This document shows positions 49,537 to 61,187 of a stretch of 64,000 nucleotides of DNA, one piece after another. The first letter of the stretch is position 1. Every line of letters begins with the position of its first letter. The stretch comes from an uncultured Candidatus Saccharibacteria bacterium (GTDB lineage: Bacteria; Patescibacteriota; Dojkabacteria; SC72): positions 1,059 through 65,058 of the forward strand of contig CAZUOO010000001.1 of the NCBI GenBank assembly GCA_964621555.1, in the 5' to 3' direction. A program made the position numbers and the translations under genes. The notes below the pieces were generated by a model. The model was not told where the DNA came from. It saw nothing but the letters and a program-made list of their open reading frames with translations, and did no database searches.

Positions 49537-49913
49537 ATGCACTACATTTTTAGAAAGATAGCACAGCGAGTCTCAAACTTTGTAGGAAGTTCGTATGCAT
49601 TCATGGTAGCCCTAATGATAATTGTAATATGGGGGATTACTGGCCCTGCATTTGGATACTCAGATACCTGGCAACTTGCAATCAATACAGGAACTACAAT
49701 TGTAACATTTCTAATGGTATTCCTAATCCAGAACACACAGAATAGAGAGACCAAGGCAATTAACCTCAAGCTGGATGAATTGATTATTTCAAGCTACAAA
49801 GCAAAAAACCATATGGTTGCTGCTGAAGACTTTGAAGACGAGAAGATAGACGACCTAGGTGAGAAATATAGAAAGATTGCTAATTCAAGACCAAGAAGAC
49901 CAAAGATAACAGT

Positions 49914-49917
<4 letters not shown>
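49537..49917 (+). CDS. Small membrane protein of the low-affinity iron permease (Fet4-like, PF04120) family
   Basis: AFMVALMIIVIWGITGPAFGYSDTWQLAINTGTTIVTFLMVFLIQNTQNRETKAINLKLDELI matches the family core. Confidence 0.55.
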
Positions 49918-51759
<1,842 letters not shown>

Positions 51760-52674
51760 TTAATTACTAAGAGCTTCGATACCGGAAACAATTTCTGAAA
51801 CCTCCTGAGTTATACTTGCCTGTCTTCCTTTGTTAAAGGTGAGAGTTAAGGAATCTCTAAGATCAGAAGCATTATCAGAAGCGTTCTTCATTGCTATCAT
51901 ACGACTGCTATGTTCACTGGCACTAGATTCTAGTATCGCTTGGTAGATTTTGGTATCGAGGGTTTTGAGAAAAATATACTCTTGTAGCTTGTCCGGGCTT
52001 GGTTCTAGGAGAAAATCATTTTTTAGAGGATCTTCCGCAGGAATATACTCTTCACCTTCTGAATTCTTCTCTGTTACAATATCTTTAAATGGCAATATCT
52101 TATCTATTACAATATTTTGTACCTGTGCAGATTGGAAAGATGTGTATATTAAGATAACTTCATCACACTCGTCTGCCAAATACTTGTCTATAATAGTTCG
52201 AGATACTTCCAAACTCTTCTCATATGATCTAGTCTCATACATTTTCTCGTATATAGAATCAAGTTCGATGCCATTCAACGTCGCTATTTTCGCACCTTTC
52301 TTTCCTAAACTCATTAACTTGATAATTCTATTTGGATCCTCACCACGTACCTCTTTAACATAGTTTGAGACTACATTAATTACATTAGCGTTGAAACTTC
52401 CACATAGCCCACGATCAGAGGTAAGGGCTACGATTAGCGTAGTATCTAAACTTCTCTTGGTAAGAAGAGCAGGGGAGTTGCTATCTACAACGATTGTAGA
52501 TGCAAAACTAGAATTAGTTTCAGAGAGCTCTTTAGTGTACTGCTTCGATTCAAGTGCAAATGTTGAAAATCTAGATCTTTTAACCGCAGAAATCTTTTCC
52601 ATCGATCTAGTTACCTTATTAGTATTCTTAACCGAATTGATCCTATTTTTAATTGCCTTGGTATTAATACTCAT
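51760..52674 (-). CDS. atpG: F0F1 ATP synthase gamma subunit
   Basis: [26 protein letters not shown]-terminus. The start is trimmed to [12 protein letters not shown] from the longer track ORF. Confidence 0.85.
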   Translation of the reverse strand: MSINTKAIKNRINSVKNTNKVTRSMEKISAVKRSRFSTFALESKQYTKELSETNSSFASTIVVDSNSPALLTKRSLDTTLIVALTSDRGLCGSFNANVINVVSNYVKEVRGEDPNRIIKLMSLGKKGAKIATLNGIELDSIYEKMYETRSYEKSLEVSRTIIDKYLADECDEVILIYTSFQSAQVQNIVIDKILPFKDIVTEKNSEGEEYIPAEDPLKNDFLLEPSPDKLQEYIFLKTLDTKIYQAILESSASEHSSRMIAMKNASDNASDLRDSLTLTFNKGRQASITQEVSEIVSGIEALSN

Positions 52675-54436
52675 CGTTTGCAAAGAATTCTTTACACACA
52701 TTATCTAGCAAAGATTCAATTTCTTCAGACCATTCTCCAGTTGAAAGTCTCTCCATCAATTTGCCATGCTTCTTTCCAACATACTCAATTAATGATTTCT
52801 CTTTTTTCTGTACACTAGCTCCATCTATCTCATCAAAAAAGCCATTATTAACAGCATATATGGATAGAACTTGAGATGCCAGTGGGAATGGTGAGTACTG
52901 ATTTTGCTTTAGAATTTCAATTGTCTTTTGCCCTCTATTTAGCTGTGCCTTAGTTCCAGAGTCTAAATCTCCTGAAAACTGTGCAAATGCTTCAAGCTCT
53001 CTAAACTGTGCGAGGGATATTTTAATCTTTCCTGCAACCTTTTTCATAGCTTTAGTTTGTGCAGCTCCACCAACCCTAGATACAGACAGTCCTACGTTAA
53101 TAGCAGGCCTAATACCTTTGTTAAAGAGGTTGCTTTCGAGAAAAATCTGCCCGTCGGTAATGGAGATTACATTTGTAGGGACATAGGCACTAATATCTCC
53201 TGCCTGAGTCTCAATGATAGGGAGGGAAGTTATAGATCCACCACCTAATTCATTATTATATTTAACTGATCTCTCAAGTAGTCTGGAATGCAAGTAGAAG
53301 ACATCACCTGGGAATGCTTCACGACCTGGTGGTCTTCTTAGTAGTAGTGAGACTTCTCTATATGCAACAGCATGCTTAGAAAGGTCATCATAGATTACTA
53401 ATACATCTTTTCCTTTATCTGCAAAGTATTCTGCAATTGCGGTGGCACTATATGGAGCCAAGTATAGTAGGGGAGCTGGGTCAGATGCACCTGCAGCAAC
53501 AACAATCGTATTCTTTAGGGCATCGTTACTTCTTAGCCTTTCAACAATATTTACAACCTTAGACATTTTCTGACCAATTGCAACATAAATGGAGATAACT
53601 CCACTATCTTTCTGGTTAATAATTGTATCAATTGCAAGAGTTGTCTTACCTGTTTGCCTATCTCCAAGGATCAACTCTCTCTGCCCTTTACCAATAGGAA
53701 CGAGAACATCAATAGCTTTAATACCTGTTTGAAGAGGCTGAAATACAGGTTGCCTATCTAACACCCCTAAAGCAAGCTTTTCCACAGGGTATGATTTAGA
53801 AAGGCTTAACTTCTCACCACTATCAATTGTATTTCCAAGTGGATCCAAAACTCTTCCGAGAAGTTCTTCACCTACAGGTACAGATACAACCTTTTGAGTA
53901 CGGGTAACGGTATCGCCGACCTTAACCTTAGTATAATCACCTAATATGATTGCTCCAACACCTTCTGCCTCAAGGTTAAAAGCGATTGCTTTAATTCCAT
54001 TTTTAAACTCAAGAATTTCCTGATACATAGTACCTGATAGTCCTTCTATCATACAGATACCGTCTTTAAGTGTAGTTGTAACTCCAACCTCGTTCTCATC
54101 TGCCACAGGTGTAAATGCCCCCGTTGTTTTGGCGACCTGATCTACAACGTCGGCATTTTCGTCTAAGGCACTGGAACTTATCAAATCACCAAGTTGTTCT
54201 AATTTACTCCTGTATGATTCATCAAGAACTGTATCACCAACCTTAATTATATGCCCACCAAGCAAAGTTTTATCCTCACGAACAACAACTTTTGCAGAAG
54301 GGTGAATATTTCGTATCTCGTCCTGAAGATGTTTGCTGCTGATTAAAGAATATACTGATAATTCCACCAACATAGAATCATCGTAGGGAGTTTCTTTTAG
54401 AAAAGTATTGATATCTTTCATGTCTTTATCCTTCAA
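52664..54436 (-). CDS. atpA: F0F1 ATP synthase alpha subunit with an in-frame N-terminal ~84-aa segment matching the C-terminal domain of the delta (OSCP) subunit (apparent truncated atpH fused to atpA)
   Basis: Residues 45-84 ([36 protein letters not shown]) match the delta C-terminus. The alpha N-terminal barrel starts immediately after, with no intervening stop or ATG. P-loop GDRQTGKT. Confidence 0.8.
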   Translation of the reverse strand: MKDKDMKDINTFLKETPYDDSMLVELSVYSLISSKHLQDEIRNIHPSAKVVVREDKTLLGGHIIKVGDTVLDESYRSKLEQLGDLISSSALDENADVVDQVAKTTGAFTPVADENEVGVTTTLKDGICMIEGLSGTMYQEILEFKNGIKAIAFNLEAEGVGAIILGDYTKVKVGDTVTRTQKVVSVPVGEELLGRVLDPLGNTIDSGEKLSLSKSYPVEKLALGVLDRQPVFQPLQTGIKAIDVLVPIGKGQRELILGDRQTGKTTLAIDTIINQKDSGVISIYVAIGQKMSKVVNIVERLRSNDALKNTIVVAAGASDPAPLLYLAPYSATAIAEYFADKGKDVLVIYDDLSKHAVAYREVSLLLRRPPGREAFPGDVFYLHSRLLERSVKYNNELGGGSITSLPIIETQAGDISAYVPTNVISITDGQIFLESNLFNKGIRPAINVGLSVSRVGGAAQTKAMKKVAGKIKISLAQFRELEAFAQFSGDLDSGTKAQLNRGQKTIEILKQNQYSPFPLASQVLSIYAVNNGFFDEIDGASVQKKEKSLIEYVGKKHGKLMERLSTGEWSEEIESLLDNVCKEFFANDEY

Positions 54437-54872
54437 TTTTATCTTTTAATTCTTTAGTAACTATTTTAGCGATATTCTTTTGAACAGAGGACATAATCTT
54501 TTCCTTTGTTTTAAGAGAATCTTGTTGTGCCTTATCTCTAATATATCCAGCCTCAGCAAGTGCCTTGCTCTTTACCTCATTGTGTAGGGTATCAGCTTCT
54601 TTCTTTGCTTCATCTAACATAGCTTCTTTTCGTGCTTTGGCGTCCTCGATAATCTTGAGACGTTCATCATTAGCAGACTTTAGATTTTCATCTGCCTTAG
54701 CAGCATTAGTAAGTCCCTCATCAATTAGTCTTTCCCTTTCATCAATTACTGACATCACCTTATCAAAGAGAAACTTCTTAAGAAGAAATATTAGAATTAC
54801 AAAGTTAATGGTGTTAAATATAAACACCTTTAAATCAAAGCCTACATTTTCAAGTATACCGATTATATCCAT
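54426..54872 (-). CDS. atpF: F0F1 ATP synthase subunit b
   Basis: N-terminal TM helix followed by a long charged helix ([14 protein letters not shown]...). Confidence 0.75.
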   Translation of the reverse strand: MDIIGILENVGFDLKVFIFNTINFVILIFLLKKFLFDKVMSVIDERERLIDEGLTNAAKADENLKSANDERLKIIEDAKARKEAMLDEAKKEADTLHNEVKSKALAEAGYIRDKAQQDSLKTKEKIMSSVQKNIAKIVTKELKDKIEG

Positions 54873-54891
54873 TATAAATATAAAGTCGTAA

Positions 54892-55107
54892 TTATAGTGT
54901 GAAGAATGCTACTAATGCATAGATTGCTGTTGACTCAACAAGCGCAATAGCAATAATAACCTTACTGAACAATGTCTCTTCAAGCTTTGGATTTCTACCA
55001 ATAGCTTCAAACGCTGCACGTGCAATTGATGCTTCTGCAATAGGTGTTGCCATCATTGAAAGAACTGCAATTGCTTTTGCAATATATCGTACTACTTCTG
55101 TCTCCAT
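54892..55107 (-). CDS. atpE: F0F1 ATP synthase subunit c
   Basis: 71-aa helical hairpin with RNP loop (GRNPKL) and ion-binding Glu (ALVESTAIY). Confidence 0.85.
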   Translation of the reverse strand: METEVVRYIAKAIAVLSMMATPIAEASIARAAFEAIGRNPKLEETLFSKVIIAIALVESTAIYALVAFFTL

Positions 55108-55127
55108 CTTAATAAATTATAAATAAG

Positions 55128-55910
55128 TTAAATATTTTCTTTCAGAGCGCTTGCTAAATATGATGTAACAAGCGAACCAAAAACTATAGCCTGTATTACC
55201 CCAGATAGTAGTGAGAGACCGATCATGGGTAGAGGGAGCATTAATGCGAAAATTCCCATTAATACACCTTGGAGTAATTCACCCGCAAACATATTACCAA
55301 ATAATCTTAATGAAAGTGATATTACCTTTGCGAATTCAGATATTATATCAAGAAAACCAATAAATGCATCTATCAAACTCATCATGCCGTCTGCAATACT
55401 CTTCCTAAAGGCTAGAAATACCTGCTTTATCTTTATATATTTAAAAAAGTAGTTAAGTGGCTTCAACTTAACCACGCTAAATATTTGAGATGCAAGTACC
55501 GAGATTGTAGCTAGAGCAAAAGTAGTATTAAAATCGTTTGTATGTGACCTAAACACGCCAATTCCCTTATACGTGAAGCCTGTTAGAAACGGTAGGAATG
55601 TTAAAATGATATCTGATACTAGAATTAGAATAATCAAAGAAGATACCAAAGGTAGAATTTTCTTAGCAATTGCATCATCTCCAGCAATTTGATTAATTAG
55701 CCCTCTAACCATTTGAAAGACCATTTCTACCCCTAGCTGAAACCTACTTGGATTATGCACTCTAAACTTGCTGACAAAGTAGAAGAGGATTCCAAATAAA
55801 AACAGCTCTACAATAAACATAATCATTGTCCCTGTAATTGGGAAACCATGAAAGTAATCCAAAATCTGAACACTAATTGTTAGTGGATCCGAAGGAATGC
55901 TTAGCGGCAT
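55128..55910 (-). CDS. atpB: F0F1 ATP synthase subunit a
   Basis: Polytopic 260-aa protein with a conserved Arg-containing helix (ISLSLRLFGNMFAGE). Confidence 0.8.
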   Translation of the reverse strand: MPLSIPSDPLTISVQILDYFHGFPITGTMIMFIVELFLFGILFYFVSKFRVHNPSRFQLGVEMVFQMVRGLINQIAGDDAIAKKILPLVSSLIILILVSDIILTFLPFLTGFTYKGIGVFRSHTNDFNTTFALATISVLASQIFSVVKLKPLNYFFKYIKIKQVFLAFRKSIADGMMSLIDAFIGFLDIISEFAKVISLSLRLFGNMFAGELLQGVLMGIFALMLPLPMIGLSLLSGVIQAIVFGSLVTSYLASALKENI

Positions 55911-56161
55911 TATGAAGTTTTATTCTTAGAAGTTAGTAGGTTAAATCTCTTAACAAGGTACAAGCACATTAAAATTGATACCACATAACTAAGTACAAAC
56001 ATTGATATATAACCATAGGGATACGTTCCGAACTGATTATCAATCAATTTTCCTGCGTAAGACCCTCCAATTGCACTCAGAAAGAAAAGTACTAAAACAA
56101 CAAACCCAAATTTAAGGGTTCTTTTATACAGTTCTTGTGAACGATTACCATCTTTTTCCAT
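55910..56161 (-). CDS. Small 2-TM membrane protein at the head of the atp operon (AtpI/AtpZ-like)
   Basis: Position and topology only. Its stop overlaps the atpB start. Confidence 0.4.
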   Translation of the reverse strand: MEKDGNRSQELYKRTLKFGFVVLVLFFLSAIGGSYAGKLIDNQFGTYPYGYISMFVLSYVVSILMCLYLVKRFNLLTSKNKTS

Positions 56162-56237
56162 TATTTACCTATTGAAATTTTGATTTTGAATTCTATACCC
56201 ATATCAACAATATTACAAGGTCTAATATTTAATGAAT

Positions 56238-56972
56238 TCATAGCTTCTCTATTACGTTATCTATAAGTTCAATCTCTAAATTTACCGGCTTATATATTCC
56301 TCGGTCGATTAGGTACACTTCCACCTGTTTATCCAATCCAAAGAGAACCAGAATACCCATAACAAAAAATAGTGCACCGATTGTTCTTTTGAACCATCCG
56401 TTGGGATTAACCGCCCACTTTACCTTCTCAATAAATCTATACCCCAGAATTGAAATTGCATACAGTACTAATGCAAGCCCAATAATATAAATGACTAAGC
56501 TAATAAGACCATTTGCAAAGCTTAATGGAAGGATGGTTGCGATAATAAGTGAGTAGGTAGGACTACAGCTTGAGAAAACTGGGCCGAGTGATGCTCCAAC
56601 TAATATATCCGAAAACCTTCCATTAATCCCTCCAGCACCTTCAAGAAGTTTCTCTGACGAGTTATTGAAACCCATCCAGTAGCTCATTTTTCCCCACCAC
56701 ATAGGAAAGAGAGTAAAAACTCCTAAAGACATTAGGATACCTCCAGAAACCAATCTCCATACCTGGGAGTCAACATTTAGAAATAGCGTAGAGACCTTTA
56801 GCATAAGAGTGAAAAAAAATATTGAAATCGACATTGAAAGTATAATCAGTAAAGCGCTTCGCTTCTCGCCAGACTTCAAACTTCCTCCAAGAATTACAGG
56901 TAGGAGTGTAAACACACATGGAGAGAGAATTGTAAGTACACCTGCAATAAATGAGAGAATAATTATTTCCAT
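56238..56972 (-). CDS. ccdA: CcdA/DsbD-family thiol-disulfide transporter (cytochrome c biogenesis TM domain)
   Basis: LSPCVFTLLPVILGG, with a second Cys in a TM helix (PVFSSCSPTY). Confidence 0.75.
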   Translation of the reverse strand: MEIIILSFIAGVLTILSPCVFTLLPVILGGSLKSGEKRSALLIILSMSISIFFFTLMLKVSTLFLNVDSQVWRLVSGGILMSLGVFTLFPMWWGKMSYWMGFNNSSEKLLEGAGGINGRFSDILVGASLGPVFSSCSPTYSLIIATILPLSFANGLISLVIYIIGLALVLYAISILGYRFIEKVKWAVNPNGWFKRTIGALFFVMGILVLFGLDKQVEVYLIDRGIYKPVNLEIELIDNVIEKL

Positions 56973-56997
56973 AATTCAAATAGTATACATGAAGATA

Positions 56998-58350
56998 TTA
57001 ACTTCCTGTAGCTTTGACCTTAATAATCTCATTTATAAACAAGGCTTCGCCCACCTGCTTGCCCTTAACCATAAGCTTTCCACTACTATCAGCTCCAACG
57101 ATTACCCACCCAGGATTAGAGACAGTTATATAATACTCCCCTGGTACCTCAATCGTCTCATAACGACCTTTAGAATCAGAGGTAAAGCTACGTACAAACC
57201 TCTCCCACTTCGCCTCAAATAAATTGAAAGTAATATTGGGGATGCTTTTACCACTATTATCCACCACCGCCCCGTAATACAATCTGCTACTCATTTTAAT
57301 ACTATACTTAAACATTAGGAGTAGGGCAGAAACGGCCGTGAATATCCATGTATCAATATATCCTGGCCATTGATAGATTTGGCCAAGAGAAAGTAGTATT
57401 AACAGTGCAGGATTCGCATTATCAACTACGGAGAATACACCCGAAGCAATAGAATTAATTTTAGAAGTCACAACTTGAGAACCCTCAGGATCAAGCGGAA
57501 TATTAAACTTTAGCCTAGAACCATTTTTCGCAATACTAAATTCTGAGCCGTAATATAGACTAGTATAGTGATCGTCAGCCGGAAGAGGGGAGAGCGCACT
57601 TGGAAAAGTATACCCCTGTTTCATTACAGAAATAGAATACTTCCCTTTATCCAACTTTAGATCCATAAAACCTATTACACTCGTAATATACGTCTTCACC
57701 AGCCGACCTGCAGAATATATACGTACAATCGCTCCTGAAATTGGCTTCTTAGTCTTTGAATCGTATATAACAGCCATACTCTTCCCCACTTTAAAGAAAC
57801 CGAATATAGCAAAGAACCAAATAATATTCTGTATTAAATAGGAGGTTCTTCCCAACCAATACCCACCCTCATCCTTATTGAAATATCCAACCTCCCACTG
57901 ATATGTAAGGTTACCTTCAATATCATATAGATACAGTTCGGATATAATGGAATATCTCTCCCTTATATTATTATTATCCTCAATTATAACCTCCCGTGTA
58001 CTGGCATCTATTACAACTCTAGGATCACTTAAGTTGAAGCTAGAATATGTTTTGGTACTATCAAGAAAGTATGAATACTCCTTCTCATTACTATTAAATA
58101 GGTATTTAGATCCAGACAGTTTAATATACGACCTATTCAAATCAATTCTATCCAAATTATCCACTCCAAAACGCAGTGTATATGACGGATCTGTAATTTC
58201 ACGAATACGTGGGGCATAGAGGACTTCAGAGGAGAAACCATTCGCAAACACATACTTAGCCATAAGGGATATTTCTAGACCAAAATATCCAATCACCATT
58301 ACAAAGAATAGGGTGTAGAAAAGTAATCTCTGATATTTTGGTTTCATCAC
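56998..58350 (-). CDS. Hypothetical membrane protein with two carboxypeptidase-regulatory-like (prealbumin-fold) beta-sandwich segments
   Basis: SGAIVRIYSAGRLVKTYITSVIGFMDLKLDKGKYSISV and a second similar C-terminal segment (YETIEVPGEYYITV); TM helices at the N-terminus and mid-protein. Confidence 0.35.
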   Translation of the reverse strand: MMKPKYQRLLFYTLFFVMVIGYFGLEISLMAKYVFANGFSSEVLYAPRIREITDPSYTLRFGVDNLDRIDLNRSYIKLSGSKYLFNSNEKEYSYFLDSTKTYSSFNLSDPRVVIDASTREVIIEDNNNIRERYSIISELYLYDIEGNLTYQWEVGYFNKDEGGYWLGRTSYLIQNIIWFFAIFGFFKVGKSMAVIYDSKTKKPISGAIVRIYSAGRLVKTYITSVIGFMDLKLDKGKYSISVMKQGYTFPSALSPLPADDHYTSLYYGSEFSIAKNGSRLKFNIPLDPEGSQVVTSKINSIASGVFSVVDNANPALLILLSLGQIYQWPGYIDTWIFTAVSALLLMFKYSIKMSSRLYYGAVVDNSGKSIPNITFNLFEAKWERFVRSFTSDSKGRYETIEVPGEYYITVSNPGWVIVGADSSGKLMVKGKQVGEALFINEIIKVKATGS

Positions 58351-58423
58351 ACAATGTATATATAACTATCTAATTATTGATAGCACATTGCAGATAATTT
58401 GAGGAGAACCTATATAAATATGA

Positions 58424-58620
58424 TTAATAGATTTCAAAACTCTTCAACAACTTTTTATTTCCATCTATCTGGTATTTTAGTAGATCGGAATATATACCTG
58501 GTTTAGTAGATAGTTCCTTAGGAGAGCCAATAGCTTCAACTTTATGATTATTTAATACGATAACCTTAGTGGCATTTTGAATTGTAGAAAACCTGTGTGC
58601 AATTACAATTGCAAAGTCCA
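58424..58620 (-). pseudogene. Remnant of the C-terminus of an ABC exporter ATP-binding domain (MsbA-like)
   Basis: IVIAHRFSTIQNATKVIVLNNHKVEAIGSPKELSTKPGIYSDLLKYQ matches the last ~60 aa of ABC exporters (IAHRLSTI...GxY..L). An in-frame stop lies immediately upstream, and there is no Walker A/B coding upstream. Confidence 0.55.
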
Positions 58621-58787
58621 AATATCTAATCTAGATATATACAATTCTCACCCCATTGTACAAAGATATAGCCCTATGATATAATATCCTCCGTTGAATG
58701 TAGATTTTACGAAATAAGCACCTTACGGTTTAAATTTTATTTTCGGTTATCTATAGGAAACTGAAAATAAAATAATTATAAACAATC

Positions 58788-59993
58788 GTGAGAAATTTTC
58801 ACAGAAATAATAGCGGATACCGTTCAGGCGGTTTCGGAGGAAGAAGATCATTTGGATCTAGAGGTGGTGGTCGTAGGTCTAGCTTTAAAGGCAATATCAT
58901 AACAATTGATAAGTTAATTGCAAAGGCTGTTGATACGAAACCCGTTAACATTTACGTTGACGACTACAACTACTCTCAGTTCGATATTGATACAATTCTA
59001 AAAAGAAATATATACGAAAAAGGATACAGTAGCCCAACTAAGATACAATACGAGGCAATACCACAGATATTAGAAGGCAAGGATATTCTAGGGTTAGCAA
59101 GTACTGGATCTGGTAAAACAGCTGCATTCCTAATTCCAATGTTAAACAAGGTAATTAAGGAAAGATCAAACAAATGTTTGATCATAGTCCCAACTCGAGA
59201 ACTAGCTATGCAAATCCAAGATGAACTAAGACAGCTTTCATACAATACAGGTATTGGAAGCGTATTAATCATCGGAGGTAATAGTATGCGAACTCAGTTG
59301 AGTATACTTCAAAGAAACCCACAGTTTGTAATTGCAACTCCAGGTAGATTGAAAGATCTAACTGAAAGAGGGTCAATAGACCTTTCAATTATTAATAATG
59401 TGGTACTAGACGAAGTAGATAGAATGCTAGACATGGGATTCATAGACGATATTAATTTCATTGTGAGAAAATTAAACAAGGACAGACAATCTCTTTTCTT
59501 CTCTGCAACAATGAATAGAAAATCTGAGGATATTGCAAACACTCTTCTCAATAACCCTGTAAGAGTACAAACTGAAGCTCAAAAGCCAGGTGAGAATGTT
59601 GATCAAGACGTAGTTAGACTTGAAAGAGGTCAGAATAAGTTCGAAGTACTACTAGCTCTCCTACAAAAAGAGGAGTTAGAGAAAGTATTAATCTTCACAT
59701 CTACAAAGCGAGAAGCCGAGAAGCTATCTAGAGCTCTTAGAGATGAAAAGATCTATGTAGACTCATTACACGGAGATAAGAAGCAAAGTCAAAGAAGCCG
59801 AATTATAGACGATTTCAAGAAAGGAAGAATTGACGTACTAATAGCAACAGACGTAGCATCTAGAGGATTAGACGTTAACAATATCACACACGTAATCAAC
59901 TATGATATGCCACAGTCATACGATGACTATACACATAGAATTGGTAGAACTGGTAGAGCAGGTAAGAAAGGTTTCGCCCTAACTTTCATATAA
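58788..59993 (+). CDS. DEAD-box ATP-dependent RNA helicase with an N-terminal RGG/RS-rich tail
   Basis: Q-motif, ASTGSGKT, DEVD, SAT and HRIGRTGRAG motifs. The first ~35 aa are Gly/Arg/Ser-rich (GGFGGRRSFGSRGGGRRSS). Confidence 0.9.
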   Translation: MRNFHRNNSGYRSGGFGGRRSFGSRGGGRRSSFKGNIITIDKLIAKAVDTKPVNIYVDDYNYSQFDIDTILKRNIYEKGYSSPTKIQYEAIPQILEGKDILGLASTGSGKTAAFLIPMLNKVIKERSNKCLIIVPTRELAMQIQDELRQLSYNTGIGSVLIIGGNSMRTQLSILQRNPQFVIATPGRLKDLTERGSIDLSIINNVVLDEVDRMLDMGFIDDINFIVRKLNKDRQSLFFSATMNRKSEDIANTLLNNPVRVQTEAQKPGENVDQDVVRLERGQNKFEVLLALLQKEELEKVLIFTSTKREAEKLSRALRDEKIYVDSLHGDKKQSQRSRIIDDFKKGRIDVLIATDVASRGLDVNNITHVINYDMPQSYDDYTHRIGRTGRAGKKGFALTFI

Positions 59994-60087
59994 AAATCCC
60001 TATACACATAGGTCAAGAATAGTTCAACCATTTTGATTGGTGGATTAAATATTTCTCCCATAGACGTTTTGCTGTACAATCAGCTAT

Positions 60088-60513
60088 ATGGCAGAACTAA
60101 AAACCAAACCCACTAACCAAAGCGTTATACAATTCATAGAGAGTATATCGGACGCGACGAAACGAGATGATTGTATGACGATACATAATATGATGACAGA
60201 AATCTCTCACACTGCACCTAAGATGTGGGGTACCAATATTATTGGCTACGACCTATACAGCTATGAGTATGCATCAGGTAGAAAAGGGGAGTGGTTCATA
60301 ATTGGTTTTTCACCTAGAGTATCGGCCTTAACATTATACTTAATGAGTGGATATGAACATTTCCCCGAAACACTTTCTAAGCTAGGTAAGTATAAGGTGG
60401 GCAAATCCTGTCTCTACATTAAGAAACTTTCAGACATAAACATAGAGGCATTAAAAGAACTCATAACCAAATCATACCTACACCTTAAAAAAGGAGATAA
60501 GCCACAATACTAA
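60088..60513 (+). CDS. DUF1801 (YdhG-like) domain protein
   Basis: Fold-family resemblance only (KTKPTNQSVIQFIESI... layout). Its stop overlaps the sufC ATG. Confidence 0.4.
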   Translation: MAELKTKPTNQSVIQFIESISDATKRDDCMTIHNMMTEISHTAPKMWGTNIIGYDLYSYEYASGRKGEWFIIGFSPRVSALTLYLMSGYEHFPETLSKLGKYKVGKSCLYIKKLSDINIEALKELITKSYLHLKKGDKPQY

Positions 60514-61187
60514 TGCTACAAGCAAATTTCAAGCAAATACTCGTAAACAACACCCCACTACTACACGATATTAACATTGAGATACACAGTGGCAAGGTAA
60601 CAACAATCCTTGGGCCCAATGGATCAGGAAAGAGCACAATTGCAAAAACGATACTAGGATTTCCACATATAAAAGCAGAAGGGAAAGTGGAAATGGATGG
60701 TATAAATATAACCAACCTTCCACTTCATAAAAGAGTACAGGAAGGAATATATCTAAGTCACCAATCTCCAAGCGGTATATCTGGAATTAGACTATCCTCC
60801 TTCCTAAGAACTGCATACCTACAAATGAATTACATCGATCCAAAACTTGACCTACTATCTTTTAGGAAAGAAATGGTAGTTCAGATGAAAACACTAGGCC
60901 TCAAACAAGATATATTAGACAGAGAGCTTCATGTAGGATTTTCGGGAGGAGAGATGAAAAAAATCGAATTCCTTCAACTAATACTCTTCAAACCGAAATA
61001 TGCAATACTAGACGAGATTGACTCTGGCTTAGATATAACAGCTAGAAAGGTTATATTTGAAATCATTAAACAACTTAGTATCGAAGGGATGGGGTTTTGC
61101 ATAATTACACACAGAGAGAATATTGCCAATGAACTACCAATAGATAAGCAGTACAACTTAGGTGGTGGCACAATTACCCATGAGTAA
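60513..61187 (+). CDS. sufC: Fe-S cluster assembly ATPase SufC
   Basis: Walker A GPNGSGKST, SufC-type signature GFSGGEMKKIEFLQL and Walker B ILDEIDSGLD. Confidence 0.85.
   Translation: MLQANFKQILVNNTPLLHDINIEIHSGKVTTILGPNGSGKSTIAKTILGFPHIKAEGKVEMDGINITNLPLHKRVQEGIYLSHQSPSGISGIRLSSFLRTAYLQMNYIDPKLDLLSFRKEMVVQMKTLGLKQDILDRELHVGFSGGEMKKIEFLQLILFKPKYAILDEIDSGLDITARKVIFEIIKQLSIEGMGFCIITHRENIANELPIDKQYNLGGGTITHE

Noticed and set aside
58622-58787. Possible structured 5' leader or ncRNA upstream of the DEAD-box helicase
   Set aside because: No convincing stem-loops or known riboswitch cores were found by eye. The region is better explained as residual sequence of the decayed ABC gene plus a promoter.
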